Shown here: positions 48,423-61,029 of the stretch, in pieces
Position numbering within the stretch: the stretch's first letter is position 1
Layout of the letters: every line of letters begins with the position of its first letter
Assembly (NCBI GenBank): GCA_038087875.1
Contig: JAXLNO010000260.1
Span: 186,001-250,000 of the forward strand
Length of the DNA: 64,000 nucleotides
From: Malacoraja senta
Lineage: Eukaryota
Direction of reading: 5' to 3'
Translations under genes and position numbers: made by a program
Notes under the pieces: model-generated
The model's database searches: none
Told to the model about the DNA's origin: nothing
What the model saw: only the letters and a program-made list of their open reading frames with translations

Positions 48423-50363
48423 GCAGCCATGTATAGTTTAAGTAATCTATGACTTGGAAACCCTTAGATTTCTTGTTTTAAATCATTTGCATGGATTTAC
48501 CATGCTTTCAAGTGAAGAACCATCCATGAAGGGGATCGGCATCTGGAAACAGGGTATAAAAAACATATCACTGCAATTATGTTAATTTGTGACAAAATGG
48601 ATGGGCACAAGAGAAATGACCTACGGTATTCTTTTATACATCTGTTGATCTGATAAGATGAGGGTCTTAAGTCCTAATATCACTTAATTTTGTATGTTCA
48701 TGCTTAGCATACATTCAGTGGACTTCTTTACTTCTAATTTCATTTTACGATTTCACTACAGTTACTCCTGCTCCACCTCCAGTTGACCATCTTATAAGAG
48801 AGATACTCCATGAATCTCTGGGTCATTAAGCATGTTGGAAACATGAGATCAGCAGTATTGCATCCTTTACACATGAAAACTGGATGTTTTCAAGGTGTTT
48901 ATGGATGTATCTTAAAACCTATAATTTGCCTTTCTATTTATACATTAGGACAAAGGAACAGCAGTCCCCTATTCATACTTATAGTACAAAATATTGTCCA
49001 AAATTTTTAACTGCATAACATTGCAATATTTTCAAGGGTGTTTCGTTATATGTGGCATTATCCATTTATTGATCACTGAGTCAGAGTCCTTTCCGTCAGA
49101 CTGAATATCAATTCACTCTTCTGCACCAAATGTCTTCGTTTATGCTATTCTATGTTCAATAGTTTATCATTCTACCAAACCAAATGAGTTACACTGTTGT
49201 GCAATTGGAAAAAGTAAAGGAATAAAATCATTCTTTTATATTATAATCTCAGAAATCTCTGTTCATGTAAATCAATGATTGGCACAAATGGCAGCTTAAC
49301 TTCCACGTTCTTTTTTTAAAACTTGCTGGACTTGGATAAATCCATTGAAAAATCTAGAGAAGATTAGGGCTAGTAATTAAAGTACACGCAAATTTTAAAT
49401 GATGTCCAAATTGTTAAGGCAATGACAATCACTCACTCAAACCACAGGAAGGAAAAATAATAACTTATGGTTGTAATAACACAACGTTGTACATTTTTCT
49501 AGAGATTTTATATATCAAATATTTAATTAATGCATTATGTTTTCTTTTATTTTCTTCAATTTCCCTGATTTACCATTCTCACGTGTTTAATTGTCATATG
49601 CACTAAAATGGAACAATTAAATGCTTATTTGCAACAGAACAGTTCTGTAAACACAGTACTCACAGATAACAATAAACAATTTCCTCAATCTTCTTGCCTT
49701 TTTGACATCTATGATAAAGAGATGTTGAAAGTAGGTATGGGGATTACAACATTTGTTTAATGCTTGCCAATATGACTTGCTGCACACTACTCTGGTGAAT
49801 ATTCATTGGGAATGTATGAACATCTTCACCAAAATGTTGTTCAGTGTGAATCCATTCTACAGATGGATTGTCATGGACACTCAATATTTTGGATCTTCAA
49901 GGTCATTCATAGCGTCTATTTAAAAGGCATGAGGAATTCCAATTCCTTTCATTGGTCATTTTATTATGGAAGTAATCAACTGAATGATATTTTTTTGAAA
50001 TAATATTATCAAAATGATTAATCAGGAATATTATCTTAAGGGAAAAGTTGTGAGTCAACAATTTCTAACTTTCAGTAACAACCTTAGAACAGGTAGCGGG
50101 AGATTATTTCTCATGTGCAAGGTTCCACACTTGAAATAAGGTTCAAGTAAGCAAGATGGAGCTGAGCATTTAAATAATTGAAATATTGACAAGGCTCCCC
50201 AATATGATTTGTACATTGGTTTGTGGATGAATTAAGATGGGCCTAATGACTTTCAAGACCATTCCTTTCTTGTGACCTCAGGGCTGAGTCAGTTTATTCA
50301 TTGCTTTGCAGAGCATGGGATGTGGTGAACATTGAAGTGCAGTTAGCTTTCACTTACAAACCG

Positions 50364-50577
50364 TGTAGGAAAGAACTGCAGATACTGGGTTAAATTGAAG
50401 ATAGTCAAAAAATGCTGAAGTAACTCAGCAGGACAGGCAGCATCTCTGGAGAGAAAGAATGGGTGACGTTTCGGGTCAAGACTGAAGAAGGGTCTCAACC
50501 CGAAACGTCACCCATTCCTTCTCTCCAGAGATGCTGCCTATCCCACTGAGTTACTCCAGCATTTTGTGTCAATCTTC
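50364..50577. mobile_element. Palindromic Penelope-type unit with hammerhead-like motif
   Basis: Inverted arms; CTGAAGA 50482-50488, GAAACGTC 50502-50509. Confidence 0.85.
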
Positions 50578-50804
50578 ATTTACAGACTGTTCACTTCAAA
50601 AAAGGAAATGGAGTGCTTCAATTATGCAAATCATAAAAGGGAATCTATTGTATACAAAGCAATTTTTGTGAGACTGCTTGACAATTTCATTGTCTAAGTA
50701 GTGTATACTATGGAATTTAAAATGTATGAAGAAATAATTTGCATGGGGAAATCTGCACTAACAACCCCTTGTAACTCCTCAATTAAAATGGCAGTAAATA
50801 GTAT

Positions 50805-51115
50805 TAGAAACATATAAACATAGAAAAATAGGTGCAAAGTAGGCCATTCGGCCCTTTGAGCCAGCACCGCCATTCAATATGATCATGGCTGATCATCTAA
50901 AACCAGTACCCCGTTCCTGCTTTTTTTACCATATCCCTTGATTCCTTTAGACCTAAGAGCTAAATGTAACTCTCTCTTGAAAACGTCCAGTGAATTGGCT
51001 GCCACTGCCTTCTGTGGCAGAGAGTTCCACAGATTCACAACTCTCTAGTTGAAGAAATGTTTCCTCATCTCAGTCCTAAATGGCCTACCCCTTATTCTGA
51101 AACTGTGACCCTGGT
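50805..51115 (-). repeat. CR1 3' fragment
   Basis: Reverse-complement homologue of 43180-43484. Confidence 0.85.
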
Positions 51116-51855
51116 TACAGTTTAAGAATATTACAATATTGCCTCTTTCAGATACATAAAACTAAAGGATGAATTGTGGATTCACATTTCTATCTTCACA
51201 GAATAATACAACAAAATAACAAAGTTCTAAACTTTGAGAATTATGGACAGGGATAAAGCCATCAAGATGAAATGCAATTGATCTGCTTTGATGAAAATAT
51301 TTTTAATTTCTGTTTTTTAATTTCCAACAGGAACTGGTTATATTCATGGACATTTTTTTTTTAATGTCTTAAATAGTAATTTTTAAAGGAAGTATTTTAC
51401 CAGTCGAAATAAAATATGTTTAATCCAGTAACCTTTATCTTATGACAGGAGAGCTTGTTTTTGTTTTTTTAATGCTAGCTCTTTCATTTGTAATCAATCT
51501 ATCAGGAAAAGAAGTACAACTTGACATTGGCTCCATGTGATGAGTTTTAAAATATGATTTTCTGTGAACTCATATAGACTGCATTTATCTAATGGAAGAC
51601 TAAAGTCTAAATGCAGGCCGAGTTTGTGTTGATTTTCAGTTTTACCATTGGATTTGATGTATTTCATTTCTGTCATGGCATTGCAAAAGGGAAGAGTTAT
51701 AAAAAGTTCAGTTCTAATGTTTCCATCAAACAAAGGGAAAATGTTAAGGGAAGCTCAAATTTCAGTTCACCTTCAGTCTTTGAAATGAATATAAATCTCT
51801 TTTAGCAAGCTTGGAAACATCCATCAATCATCATAAGTGGCAAAAAGAAGCACAA

Positions 51856-53409
51856 TGTGGCGGCCCCTGGTGGATAGCTACTCATGGTGCGAACCCTCGG
51901 CTCTGGGGTTGGATCATGTGACTTGGATTGGCGGGAAGAGTGGGTCACGAGTCTCCCCTGGGGTATATATACTGCTGGTAACACCCTTGCCCCTGGTTGT
52001 GGTTCTGAGAGCTGTTCTGTGTTAACCTAATAAAGATCACTTTGTTTGACAACACGTGTCTCGCTATGTTGGTGACCCCGCCGATCCTAAATAGTCATTT
52101 TGGATTTCAAATATGGACCCTGCCAATGCTCAACCTGCCGTTGCCGCCGATCCGGCCCAACAAAATGCTGTAGCACTTAAGCTGACAGTTTTCTGGACCT
52201 CGCAGCCCCAGGTGTGGTTCCAGCAGGCTGAGGCCCAGTTCCACATCCGCCAAATCACAGCTGACGACACCCGTTACTTTTATGTGGTCGGCGCGCTCGA
52301 TCAGGAGACTGCCGGTCGCTTGGTTCCTTACCTACGCCAGCTGCCAGCTGCCGATAACTATAAGGGCCTCAAGGCGCTGCTTCTCCGCACCTTCGGGCTC
52401 AGCCGCCTGGATCGAGCGGCGTGGCTCCTCCACATGGGCGGGCTCGGCGACCGCAAGACATCAGTCCTCATGAGCGGAATGCTCACGCTGATGGATGGCC
52501 ACCGGCCCTGCCTGCTCTTTGAATAAGCCTTCCTGGAGTAGTTGCTGGACGACATCTGCTTGCTCCTCTCAGGTGAGAATTTCGATGACCCCCTGCAAGT
52601 AGCTGAATGCGCCAACGAGCTGTGGCTGTCCAAGCAGCAGGGCAGCGGTTCGCTCGATCGGGTGTCAAGAGCGCCTTGGAAAACACAGCGACCAGGGGCC
52701 GTGCCCGGGGGGGCACAGCTGAGTCTCCCACTCCGGGACAAGCCGGTAAAAAGAAGTGTCCACTCTACCACCAACGCTGGGGATCCACGGCCTGCCAATG
52801 CCGCTCGCCCTGCTCATTTCTGGGAAATGCCGTGGCTGGTCAGCCAGCTACACTGCCTATCAGCATGGGACTGGCACACTGGATGACGATTCCTGGTGGA
52901 CACGGGTGGAAGTCAGCGTTTTGCCCCCGTCGGGGATGGACACTCGTTCTGGGAGGCGGGGGCCTTCGTTAACTGCCACAAATGGCAGCACCCTTCAGAC
53001 TTACGGCATCCGCACGATCCCGCTCATCTTTGGCTCTTGCCATATTACCTGGCCGTTCACTGTTGCCGACGTGCCCCAGCCGTTGCTGGGCGCCGATTTC
53101 CTGCGGGCTCAATCACTGTAAGTCGATGTGAGGGGGCAACACCTCGTTCATCTTCCCTTTCACTTCCGTGCCTCTGGTTCTGGGGGGGGGGGTCCTGTGG
53201 CGGCCCCTGGTGGTTAGCCACTCGTGGTGTGAATCCTCGGCTCTGGGGGTTTTGACATGTGATTTGCTTTGGCGGGAAGAGCAGGTCACGGGTCTCTCCT
53301 GGGGTATATATACTGCTGGTAACACATTTGCCCTTTGTTGTGGTTCTGAGAGCTGTTCTGTGTTAACCTAATAAAGATCACTTTGTTAGACAACATATAT
53401 CTCGCTAAA
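51856..53409 (+). mobile_element. Non-autonomous Gypsy LTR element (gag + protease only)
   Basis: ~213-bp LTRs 51856-52068 and 53196-53409; PBS TGGTGACCCCG (tRNA-Trp type); poly-G PPT; gag ALKLTVFW..QPQVWFQQAEAQF, Cys/His knuckle, protease FLVDTG...LLGADFL; flanks ACAA/ACAG. Confidence 0.9.
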
Positions 53410-53454
53410 ACAGCACATTAAAATGAAACTGCCAGAATTAGAAATACCTCCTCA

Positions 53455-53660
53455 TTGGAGACTCTTGGACCATCTTTCACTAGACTTTACTGGACTTTAA
53501 AACTTGCATTAAACATTATTCCCTTAATCTTGTATCTTTCACTGTGGACGGCTTGAATGTAATCATGTATAGTCTTTCCATTGACATGAATGTCAAGCAA
53601 CAAAAAAGCTTTTCACTGTACTTCGGTATGCGTGATAAGAAATTAAACTTAACTAAATAG
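53455..53660 (+). repeat. Rex1/Babar-like 3' UTR fragment
   Basis: Homologous to 150-345. Confidence 0.55.
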
Positions 53661-54720
53661 AAAAATAATGCGATATTAAGCAGATATGGCAGCGTCTGTG
53701 GAGAGGGAAATAGTTAATGATTCCATTTAATATCCTTTGATTAAAACTAAAATGTTAATTCTACTTTTTCTCCATGAATGCTGCCTGGCATGCTAAATAT
53801 CTCAGCATTTTCCCATTTATTTTGCATTTCCAACATCTGCTTTAAGATCAGAGAATGGCAGCTCACCTCATTTGATGAGAATTTACTGGTCTGCTACACC
53901 AGTTGCATGTCTGGCACTGTAACAAAGCAGAGTGTCTGTTGGACAACAGACAATGTTAACTTACATACAGTATATGTAAGTTATATCAGCATTTATATCA
54001 TTATGTTGATATATCAGCAATGTACTTGCAATGACTAATATTTTGCCTTAATGGTCAATGAAAATCTTATCCAAGTGTGATATCAGCAAACAATAGCTAT
54101 TTCCTATTAGATAACAGTCCCAAGCTTTCCTTTTGTTGCAGTCCGTTAACTGAGCTACAATGGCTGTACAAATTCCAAAACAATAAATGTTCTAAACCAG
54201 TTAGGTATCAAACCACATCAAACTATTTTGAAACTTTCATCAATCCCCCATGTAATGTTCCCTGTAAGGCCCTGTTGTGACTAGCACAATGAATACACGT
54301 CCGCCATCTTGTAAGTAAGATTTTAATCTGAACAACCAATGGAAACTTCTAGAAGGTCACCTGACCTCAATCACGAGGTACAGGCACATTTGCATATATA
54401 TCACATCTCCCCCTTCACTTTAATTACATCACAACATCACATCTCCCCCTCCACCACTGGGTTCAAAATAATAACTGGAACCTTTACTCAATTTACTGTG
54501 GATAAATTACCACAAATAACACAGTGCTCTTCATATTACAGAACTACAAAATAATTGTCCATCAATTTTACATAACCAGTCGAGTTGGGGGTTTCGACCA
54601 TCGCCCACTTCTCGTGCAAGTCGTATTTCCACCTTGTTCTGTGTCGTTTCTCTGTTGTGTGTGAGTATGGCTTGGCACACTTCGAGCCGGTTCCCCCGCC
54701 ACAGAACCTGGTGATGCGGC

Positions 54721-55740
54721 CTATGATAGTTCTCTTGGGTCTGGGAGACTAGCTCCTTCTGGGAAAGGGGTTCCTCTTTGTGGGAGAGTGTTCGCACTTG
54801 TCTGCTGCGTGTAGCCAGGGCATGGCTCAACTGCTTCGTGCGCAGGTCGTATGTCCTTCCTGTTTCTGCAGAACTCAGTACCACTTGGTGTAGAGATGAC
54901 GTAGCTCCGAGGGGACAGGTTTTCTCTTGCAATCCGGCCACGTTGCCACTCGGTTGGTTTGGCATGAAACCACACCTGCTGTTGTTGTTCCAGGTGTGGC
55001 AGCGGCTCGGCGCTTGCCTTCTCATTGAAGTATACTGCCTGTTTTTCTTGCCGGACGGCCAGTTGTGGTCCCATGGGAGGGACATGATGAGGCAGTAAGA
55101 GCGATAGAGGCGATGGCAATCTGCTTCTTAACAGTCTACTGTTCAGTAACTGTGAGGGGGCATAGGGTGGTGTTGCAGTATTCGAGGATGGCAAACATCG
55201 GGTCACGGCCACTGCGTTTGGCTTTCCTCATGATACCTTTTACAGTTTGCACACAGCGCTCTATCTGCCCGTTGCTCTGTGGATATATGGGACTTGAGGT
55301 GACATGGGCAAATTCCCAGTCATCCTGGAACCTACGAAACTCAGCACAGTCAAATTGTCTCACGTTGTCTGTCATCACCAAGTCAGGAATGCCATTCCGG
55401 GCAAACATGCCCGTCATCTCACGTATCACCGAATGTGACGTCATGTCTGTCAGTTGCGCTATTTCTGGGTGCTTGGAGTAATAGTTCACTACAAGTAAAT
55501 GGTCAACTCCATCCAGATGGAAGATGTCTGCTCCGACCTTAGACCAAGGTCTGCTGGGGATGAAGTGTGGTTGGAGCGGCTCGTTTGCTTGTGCTTTCTT
55601 GGTCGCCTGGCATATCGAGCAATTTCCCACTGTGCCTTAATCTGTGCATTCATTCCAGGCCACATAAATAAATTGCGGGCTCGTTGTTTAAGTTTATCTA
55701 CTTCCAGATGCGATTCATGTAGTGCATTCAGCATCTGCCT
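54721..55740 (-). pseudogene. Gypsy integrase (frameshifted)
   Basis: HESH...CSIC zinc finger, PWSKVGADIF, VMTDN, PQSNGQIER, C-terminal PRSYVI..RNR. Confidence 0.9.
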
Positions 55741-57486
55741 TCACATGCTTTGGGGGACTACAATTCGGTTTTCCCTCAAGACTAATCCATCGATTTCAAC
55801 CAGCTCGTCATGGTATGTATGAAACGGAGTCAAGTCCGAGGGCAGATCACGCCTGTTACTAGCCCAACCCTTTCTTATATACTCGCACAACAATGTTAGC
55901 GTCCGATCTTTTTTTGTTTCAGCTTTGAACTGCGCAAGGCGCGCGTCTGACATGTGTAGGATGGCTTCTACAGCATGTATCACGTTCGGCAATGCGGTGT
56001 GCTCTTCCGCAGGCGTGTTTGCACTGGGCAGCCGGCTCAGGGCGTCGGGGACAAACATTTCACGTCCCGGCTTCCACTGTATTTCCAGGTCGTATCGTAG
56101 CAGGTGCATTCGCATGCGCTGGAGTCTGGGGCTTTGTTTGTGTAGCGGCTTGGCGAGCAAACCTACTAACGGTTTGTGTTCAGTAAAGATTACTGTGTGC
56201 TGACCGACAATGAAGTCATGAAACTTTCTGCATGCGTACAATATGGAGCACAACTCCTTCTCTATAGTCGCATAGTTGCGCTCAGCCGGGTTCACACATC
56301 GTGAAGCGTAGGCAACAGGTCTCTCGTCTTGCATGAGGACCGCTCCAAATCCGCTGTTGGAAGCATCTGTGGCAATTGAAACGGGCGCGTTCACATCATA
56401 CAGTTTGAGTATGGGTGGCGATGTGAGTAGAGACTTCAGCTGGTCTACTGCCTGTCTTTGCTTCTGCTCAAAATGCCACGTTACTCCCTTTTCTGTTAGC
56501 TGTCTAAGTGGGGCGGTGATCTCCGAAAGGTTTGGAATAAACTTGGCCATGTATGTCACCATCCCCAAGAACGTTTGCAATTCAGCCTTGTTTGTCGGGT
56601 ATGGCATTTGTAGCATGCTGCTGACACGAGATGGGCTTGATGACACGCCTGCTTTCGAGATGACGTGTCCCACATATTCAATCTCATTTGAGCGCATTAC
56701 CGACTTTCTGAGATTGAGCTTTAGGCCTGATTCTTTCACCCGTTCGAGTAGGGCTTTCACCCTTGCGTCATGCTGTGCTGCATTCACACCCCAAACAAGA
56801 ATGTCGTCAACGACTATCTCCACCCCTTCTAAATCGCCGAACTCTTCCTGTATCGCCCGCTGCCAAATGTCACTTGCGGATGAGATTCCAAATGGAAGCA
56901 CAAGGTATCGGTATCTCCCAAAGGGAGTATTAAATGTGGTCAGACGCGAGCTGTCATCGCTCAGTGGGAACTGCCAATACCCACTTGTAGCGTCAAATTT
57001 GGAGAACCATTCTGCCTTCGGCATGCGGGCTGCAATGTTCTCGAACATCGGCATCGGGAAATGCTCCCTACGAATGGCCGCATTGAGGTCACGTGGGTCA
57101 AGGCATATGCGGACTTCGCCATTAGGCTTGCTAACCACAGTCATTGAATTCACCCAATCTGTCGGTTCACTCACGGGCTTTATGACTCTCAAGCTTTCCA
57201 TGCGCTCTAATTCGGCTTTGACCTTATCCCTGATCTTATAGGGGATAGTGCAGCGTGGGTTTTGCTTAGGTTGCACGTTCCCTTGCAGCGCTATGGTGTA
57301 CTCATGTCTTTTTAGCCTTCCCAGCCCTTGGAAAATCTTGCGGTTTTCCTCAATGATCCTCGCAGTGTATGATGGGCTCGCACTCACGCCATCAACCGCC
57401 TCCTTTCGCACAAGAAGACCTAACTTTTCACACGTTAGTTTCCCAAATATGGGTTTCACATTCCCCTCCACTATTTGAAAGACCAC
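55741..57486 (-). pseudogene. Gypsy RT/RNase H (581-aa open segment)
   Basis: RICLDPRDLN, FSKFDATSGYWQ, LPFGISSA, VVDDIL, TDAS..GFGAVL, YATIEKEL. Confidence 0.95.
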
Positions 57487-57499
57487 CCTATATTCTTTC

Positions 57500-58673
57500 T
57501 TACGTACTTTGACGTTCCCCTTTTGCCTGCCCCACAGGCTTCATTGTATGTCCAGAGTATGACCTCAGTGTCACGTTCGTCTTCAGTAAGGCAAGACCAG
57601 TCTTTCTGAACAAGTGCTCTGGCAGGTTGTCCACTTGAGCGCCAGAGTCGAGTTTGAACTCAATGTTCACATTGTTGATGCTGCACATCTGTCCCCATTC
57701 ACGCGTCGACTCAATAACGGCGTCAATCACGGCGTCAATGTAGAATACATCAACGTCGTCGTCCACTGGCTCAGGCAGCGGTGAAGTGTTCATCTGGAAC
57801 TCGATGTCACGGACGTCACGGCTCCAGTCCCCGGCCTTTTGTCTGATTAGCCGGTCATGTTGTCGGGGACGTGGGCGACTGTTAGGCGCTCTATTTACCG
57901 GGCAGTCGGGGGATCTGGAAAGATGTCCAATCTCTCCGCAGGCATAACATCTCATGTACTGAGCGGGGCAGTAGTTGCCTTTATGGCCGCAGTTGCATGA
58001 CCGGCAGACGGTATCTTTACCCGAATCATGGATTTCTGTCTGTGGCTGTCTGGGTCGCGAATCCCTGCCTCGGCCCCATGGCCGACTGGCGCTGTCCCGT
58101 TTCGCATAATCAACAGTGTCTTCGGTGTCGATGGCGGTTGGGGAAATCTGCTTCACATGCTCGGCTGATGCTTCTGCGATCATACACATCACTGCATTTT
58201 TCCAGTGTTAAATCATCGCATTGTAGAAGTTTCTCCCGGAGCGGCTGGCTGGTGATGCCGCAGACGATTCTGTCTCGCAGCAACGAGTCATGGATAATGC
58301 CAAACTCGCTATCATTAGCTAAAGACTTCACTGCAGTCAGGTAGCTGGAGAAGGTCTCCCCTCGCCGCTGATTACGTGTATTAAATAAGTATCTTGTGAC
58401 AGTTAAGTTCTTTTTTGGTTCACAGTATGTCCGAAACTTATTCTTCAGCGGTTGTATTTTGTAACTTTCCTCAGGGGTGAACCGAAAGATCTCATAAAGC
58501 TCCTGAGCTGCTGGTCCAGCCACGTGGAGAAATGTTGCACACCAAATCTTTTCAGACTTACCCGTCAGTTCTGTTGCCGACTCGTACAGCTGGAATGCCC
58601 TTATCCAGTCCTTATAATTCTTGGCCAAGTTTCCTTGCATGGAGAGTGGCCCCGGAGGCTTGAGTCCTGCCAT
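57500..58673 (-). pseudogene. Gypsy gag and protease (frameshifted)
   Basis: MAGLKPPGPL, LRDRIVCGI, CYACGEIGH knuckle, FKLDSGA protease motif. Confidence 0.9.
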
Positions 58674-58993
58674 TCTTTTCTTTAGTTGTTTTATTCACTT
58701 CGACACCATGTAATGTTCCCTGTAAGGCCCTGTTGTGACTAGCACAATGAATACACGTCCACCATTTTGTAAGTAAGATTTTAATCTGAACAACCAATGG
58801 AAACTTCTAGAAGGTCACCTGACCTCAGTCACGAGGTACAGGCACATTTGCATATATATCACACCCCATATATCACACCTCAATATCTCTCTGTATAGCA
58901 CTCAACTCCCAGCTTCCAGCTCCCAGTTCCCAGCCACTACCCCCACCACGCAACCCCCCCATCATCCCATCCCACCACCCCCACCCCCTAAAT

Positions 58994-59203
58994 TGTCTAG
59001 GAAGGAACTGCAGATGCTGCTTAACACCGAAGATAGAAACAAAGTGCTGGAGTAACTCAGTGGGTCAGGCAGCTTCCCAGGAATAAAAGAATGAGTGATG
59101 TTTCGGGCCTGAAGAAGGGTCCCAACTGAAAACGTCACCCATCCTTTTTCTCCAGAGATGCCACCTGACCCGCTGAGTTACTCCAGCACTTTGTGTCTAT
59201 CTC
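58994..59203. mobile_element. Palindromic Penelope-type unit
   Basis: Inverted arms around CTGAAGAAGGGTCCCAACTGAAAACGTCACC. Confidence 0.8.
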
Positions 59204-59364
59204 TGGGGAACACATTACTGGCAACATTCACATAAATAAGTAATGAACTTAAATTTGGCAAGCTACAATCAAAGTTTATGTGTCGCACCATGTTCTCTGT
59301 TCCTATATTTTGGGGCTAACTATTATTGCTATTTCTTCAGTGTTATGTTGAATGAGAATCTTGG

Positions 59365-59522
59365 CATAGAATATCAACATAGAACAGTATAGCACAGGAA
59401 CAGGCCTTTCTGCTCACAATGTTCATGTTGAATATGATGCCACGTTAATCTAATCTTCTCTGCCTGTATGTGATCCATATCCTTCCATTCCCTGCATATC
59501 CATATGCCTATCTAAAAGCCTC
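59365..59522 (-). repeat. CR1 3' end
   Basis: CATAGAACAGTATAGCACAGGAACAGGCC. Confidence 0.65.
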
Positions 59523-61029
59523 AAAGATTAGCCCTTAGATTTCTTTCAATTTCACCTTCAGTTGCAAAAATTAATGAGGCTTTTATGTTGTCTATTTCTT
59601 TGAAACACTTTACATTCATCTGGATTAAATGCCATCTGCCGGATCAGAACATCAGTCTGTTCTCCCGTTTCTGCTCTGCCTCCTCTGATTCCAGACACGA
59701 TTAATTTAAGTGAAATAAAGGAAAGATTTACTTTTGATCCAAGTTTACTGTGATAGTTGGCTGACATCAAACAATGATGAGTTTTCCCCTTCAATGACTG
59801 TCTGGATCAAGCTAACTCTTTGTATTCAAGCTAGCAGAGTTTGTTGACTGGATTGAATAAAATATGATCCAGATTAATTCAGGCCATGACACTGACTTTT
59901 CGTCTAACATACTGTATACTTGAAAGATCTGCTTGTCTCCCAGCCAGAACAACAAATCTGCTGCTTCGGCTCAGTCACTGGCCCTATTTTCTGAAACTGC
60001 TCCCTCCAACTATTCATAATTGCAGAGACACATAGAAGACAACCAACTAGATATTACGAAAGCAACATACATAAAAACAAATCTAAAAGTTATAAATACA
60101 AACAAGAAAGGACAGAGTGAATGCAGGGTAATTGTTTGTTATTGGGATGTAGTGTAAAATTATCAGCCTCTATCTCTACAAACCATGAACTCCACCTATT
60201 TTGTCTATATATTTCCTTTATCACACCATCAGTGGGTTTAGTCCCACTCTCTCTGGCCTAAGCTCCAAAATTCTAATTTGAAACATCAACCTCTGTTTTG
60301 CTCTTCTCTGCTAAAAAATACTTTAAAGTCCACATGTTTGACCAAATATCCTTGGTGAAATCCTTTCTGACAACTCTCCTCTGAAGGATCTTGGATCTTT
60401 TGCTACATTTATAGCCATGTGGGAATATAGATTTGTTTATGATTTACTTGTAATTAACTCTGATTTAATTGGATGAAGCATGCTCAAGTTGAATCACATC
60501 GACCTGGACTATTGCTCTGAACGGTACCATTAACTTTCTTTTTGGCTTAGTCTGGGACTGCTGTTGGACCAAAAATTGAATTCTACTGCAGTCCTAGAAA
60601 TAATTACTTTCACAACTTTATTCAATTACCAAAACAATCCAAGTGGCTCGAAAGAAAGATACACACATACATTTGAACAAAAATTTAACCAAAAAAATGT
60701 CTGTCTTAGGTCAATTAAAACAGCAATTTGTTCTTTTTTCCTCCCTGTTCATGAATAAATTTGAAATTAGATTCAACTTTGAGAAGAAAACAGAATAAGT
60801 TAATAGGATAGAGAATCAAATGTAGAGTCAATTCCAGTCAGTGATATGATGAAGAGCAGGTTAAATCTAATTATATTTTAGATAGATATTTCTTCCAAAC
60901 CCTTTGATTCTGATATGTTTTCCACTGTATTACTATATTATGCACTAATATTATTCCACAGTATTATCAAGAACCGAGGGCTTGCCTAACATGCGCTCCA
61001 TTGATGGACACAAAATGCTGGAGTAACTC

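Larger units (their letters stand above)
54251..58863 (-). mobile_element. Near-complete Gypsy LTR retrotransposon (Mag-like)
   Basis: 155-bp TG...CA LTRs 54251-54405 and 58709-58863 (3 differences seen), TSD CCCCA, PBS TGGTGTCGAAGTG (tRNA-Leu-like), PPT AGGGGGAGA; order gag-PR-RT-RH-IN. Confidence 0.96.

Noticed and set aside
56333..57241. 302-aa plus-strand ORF
   Set aside because: Antisense shadow of the Gypsy RT frame with no independent motifs
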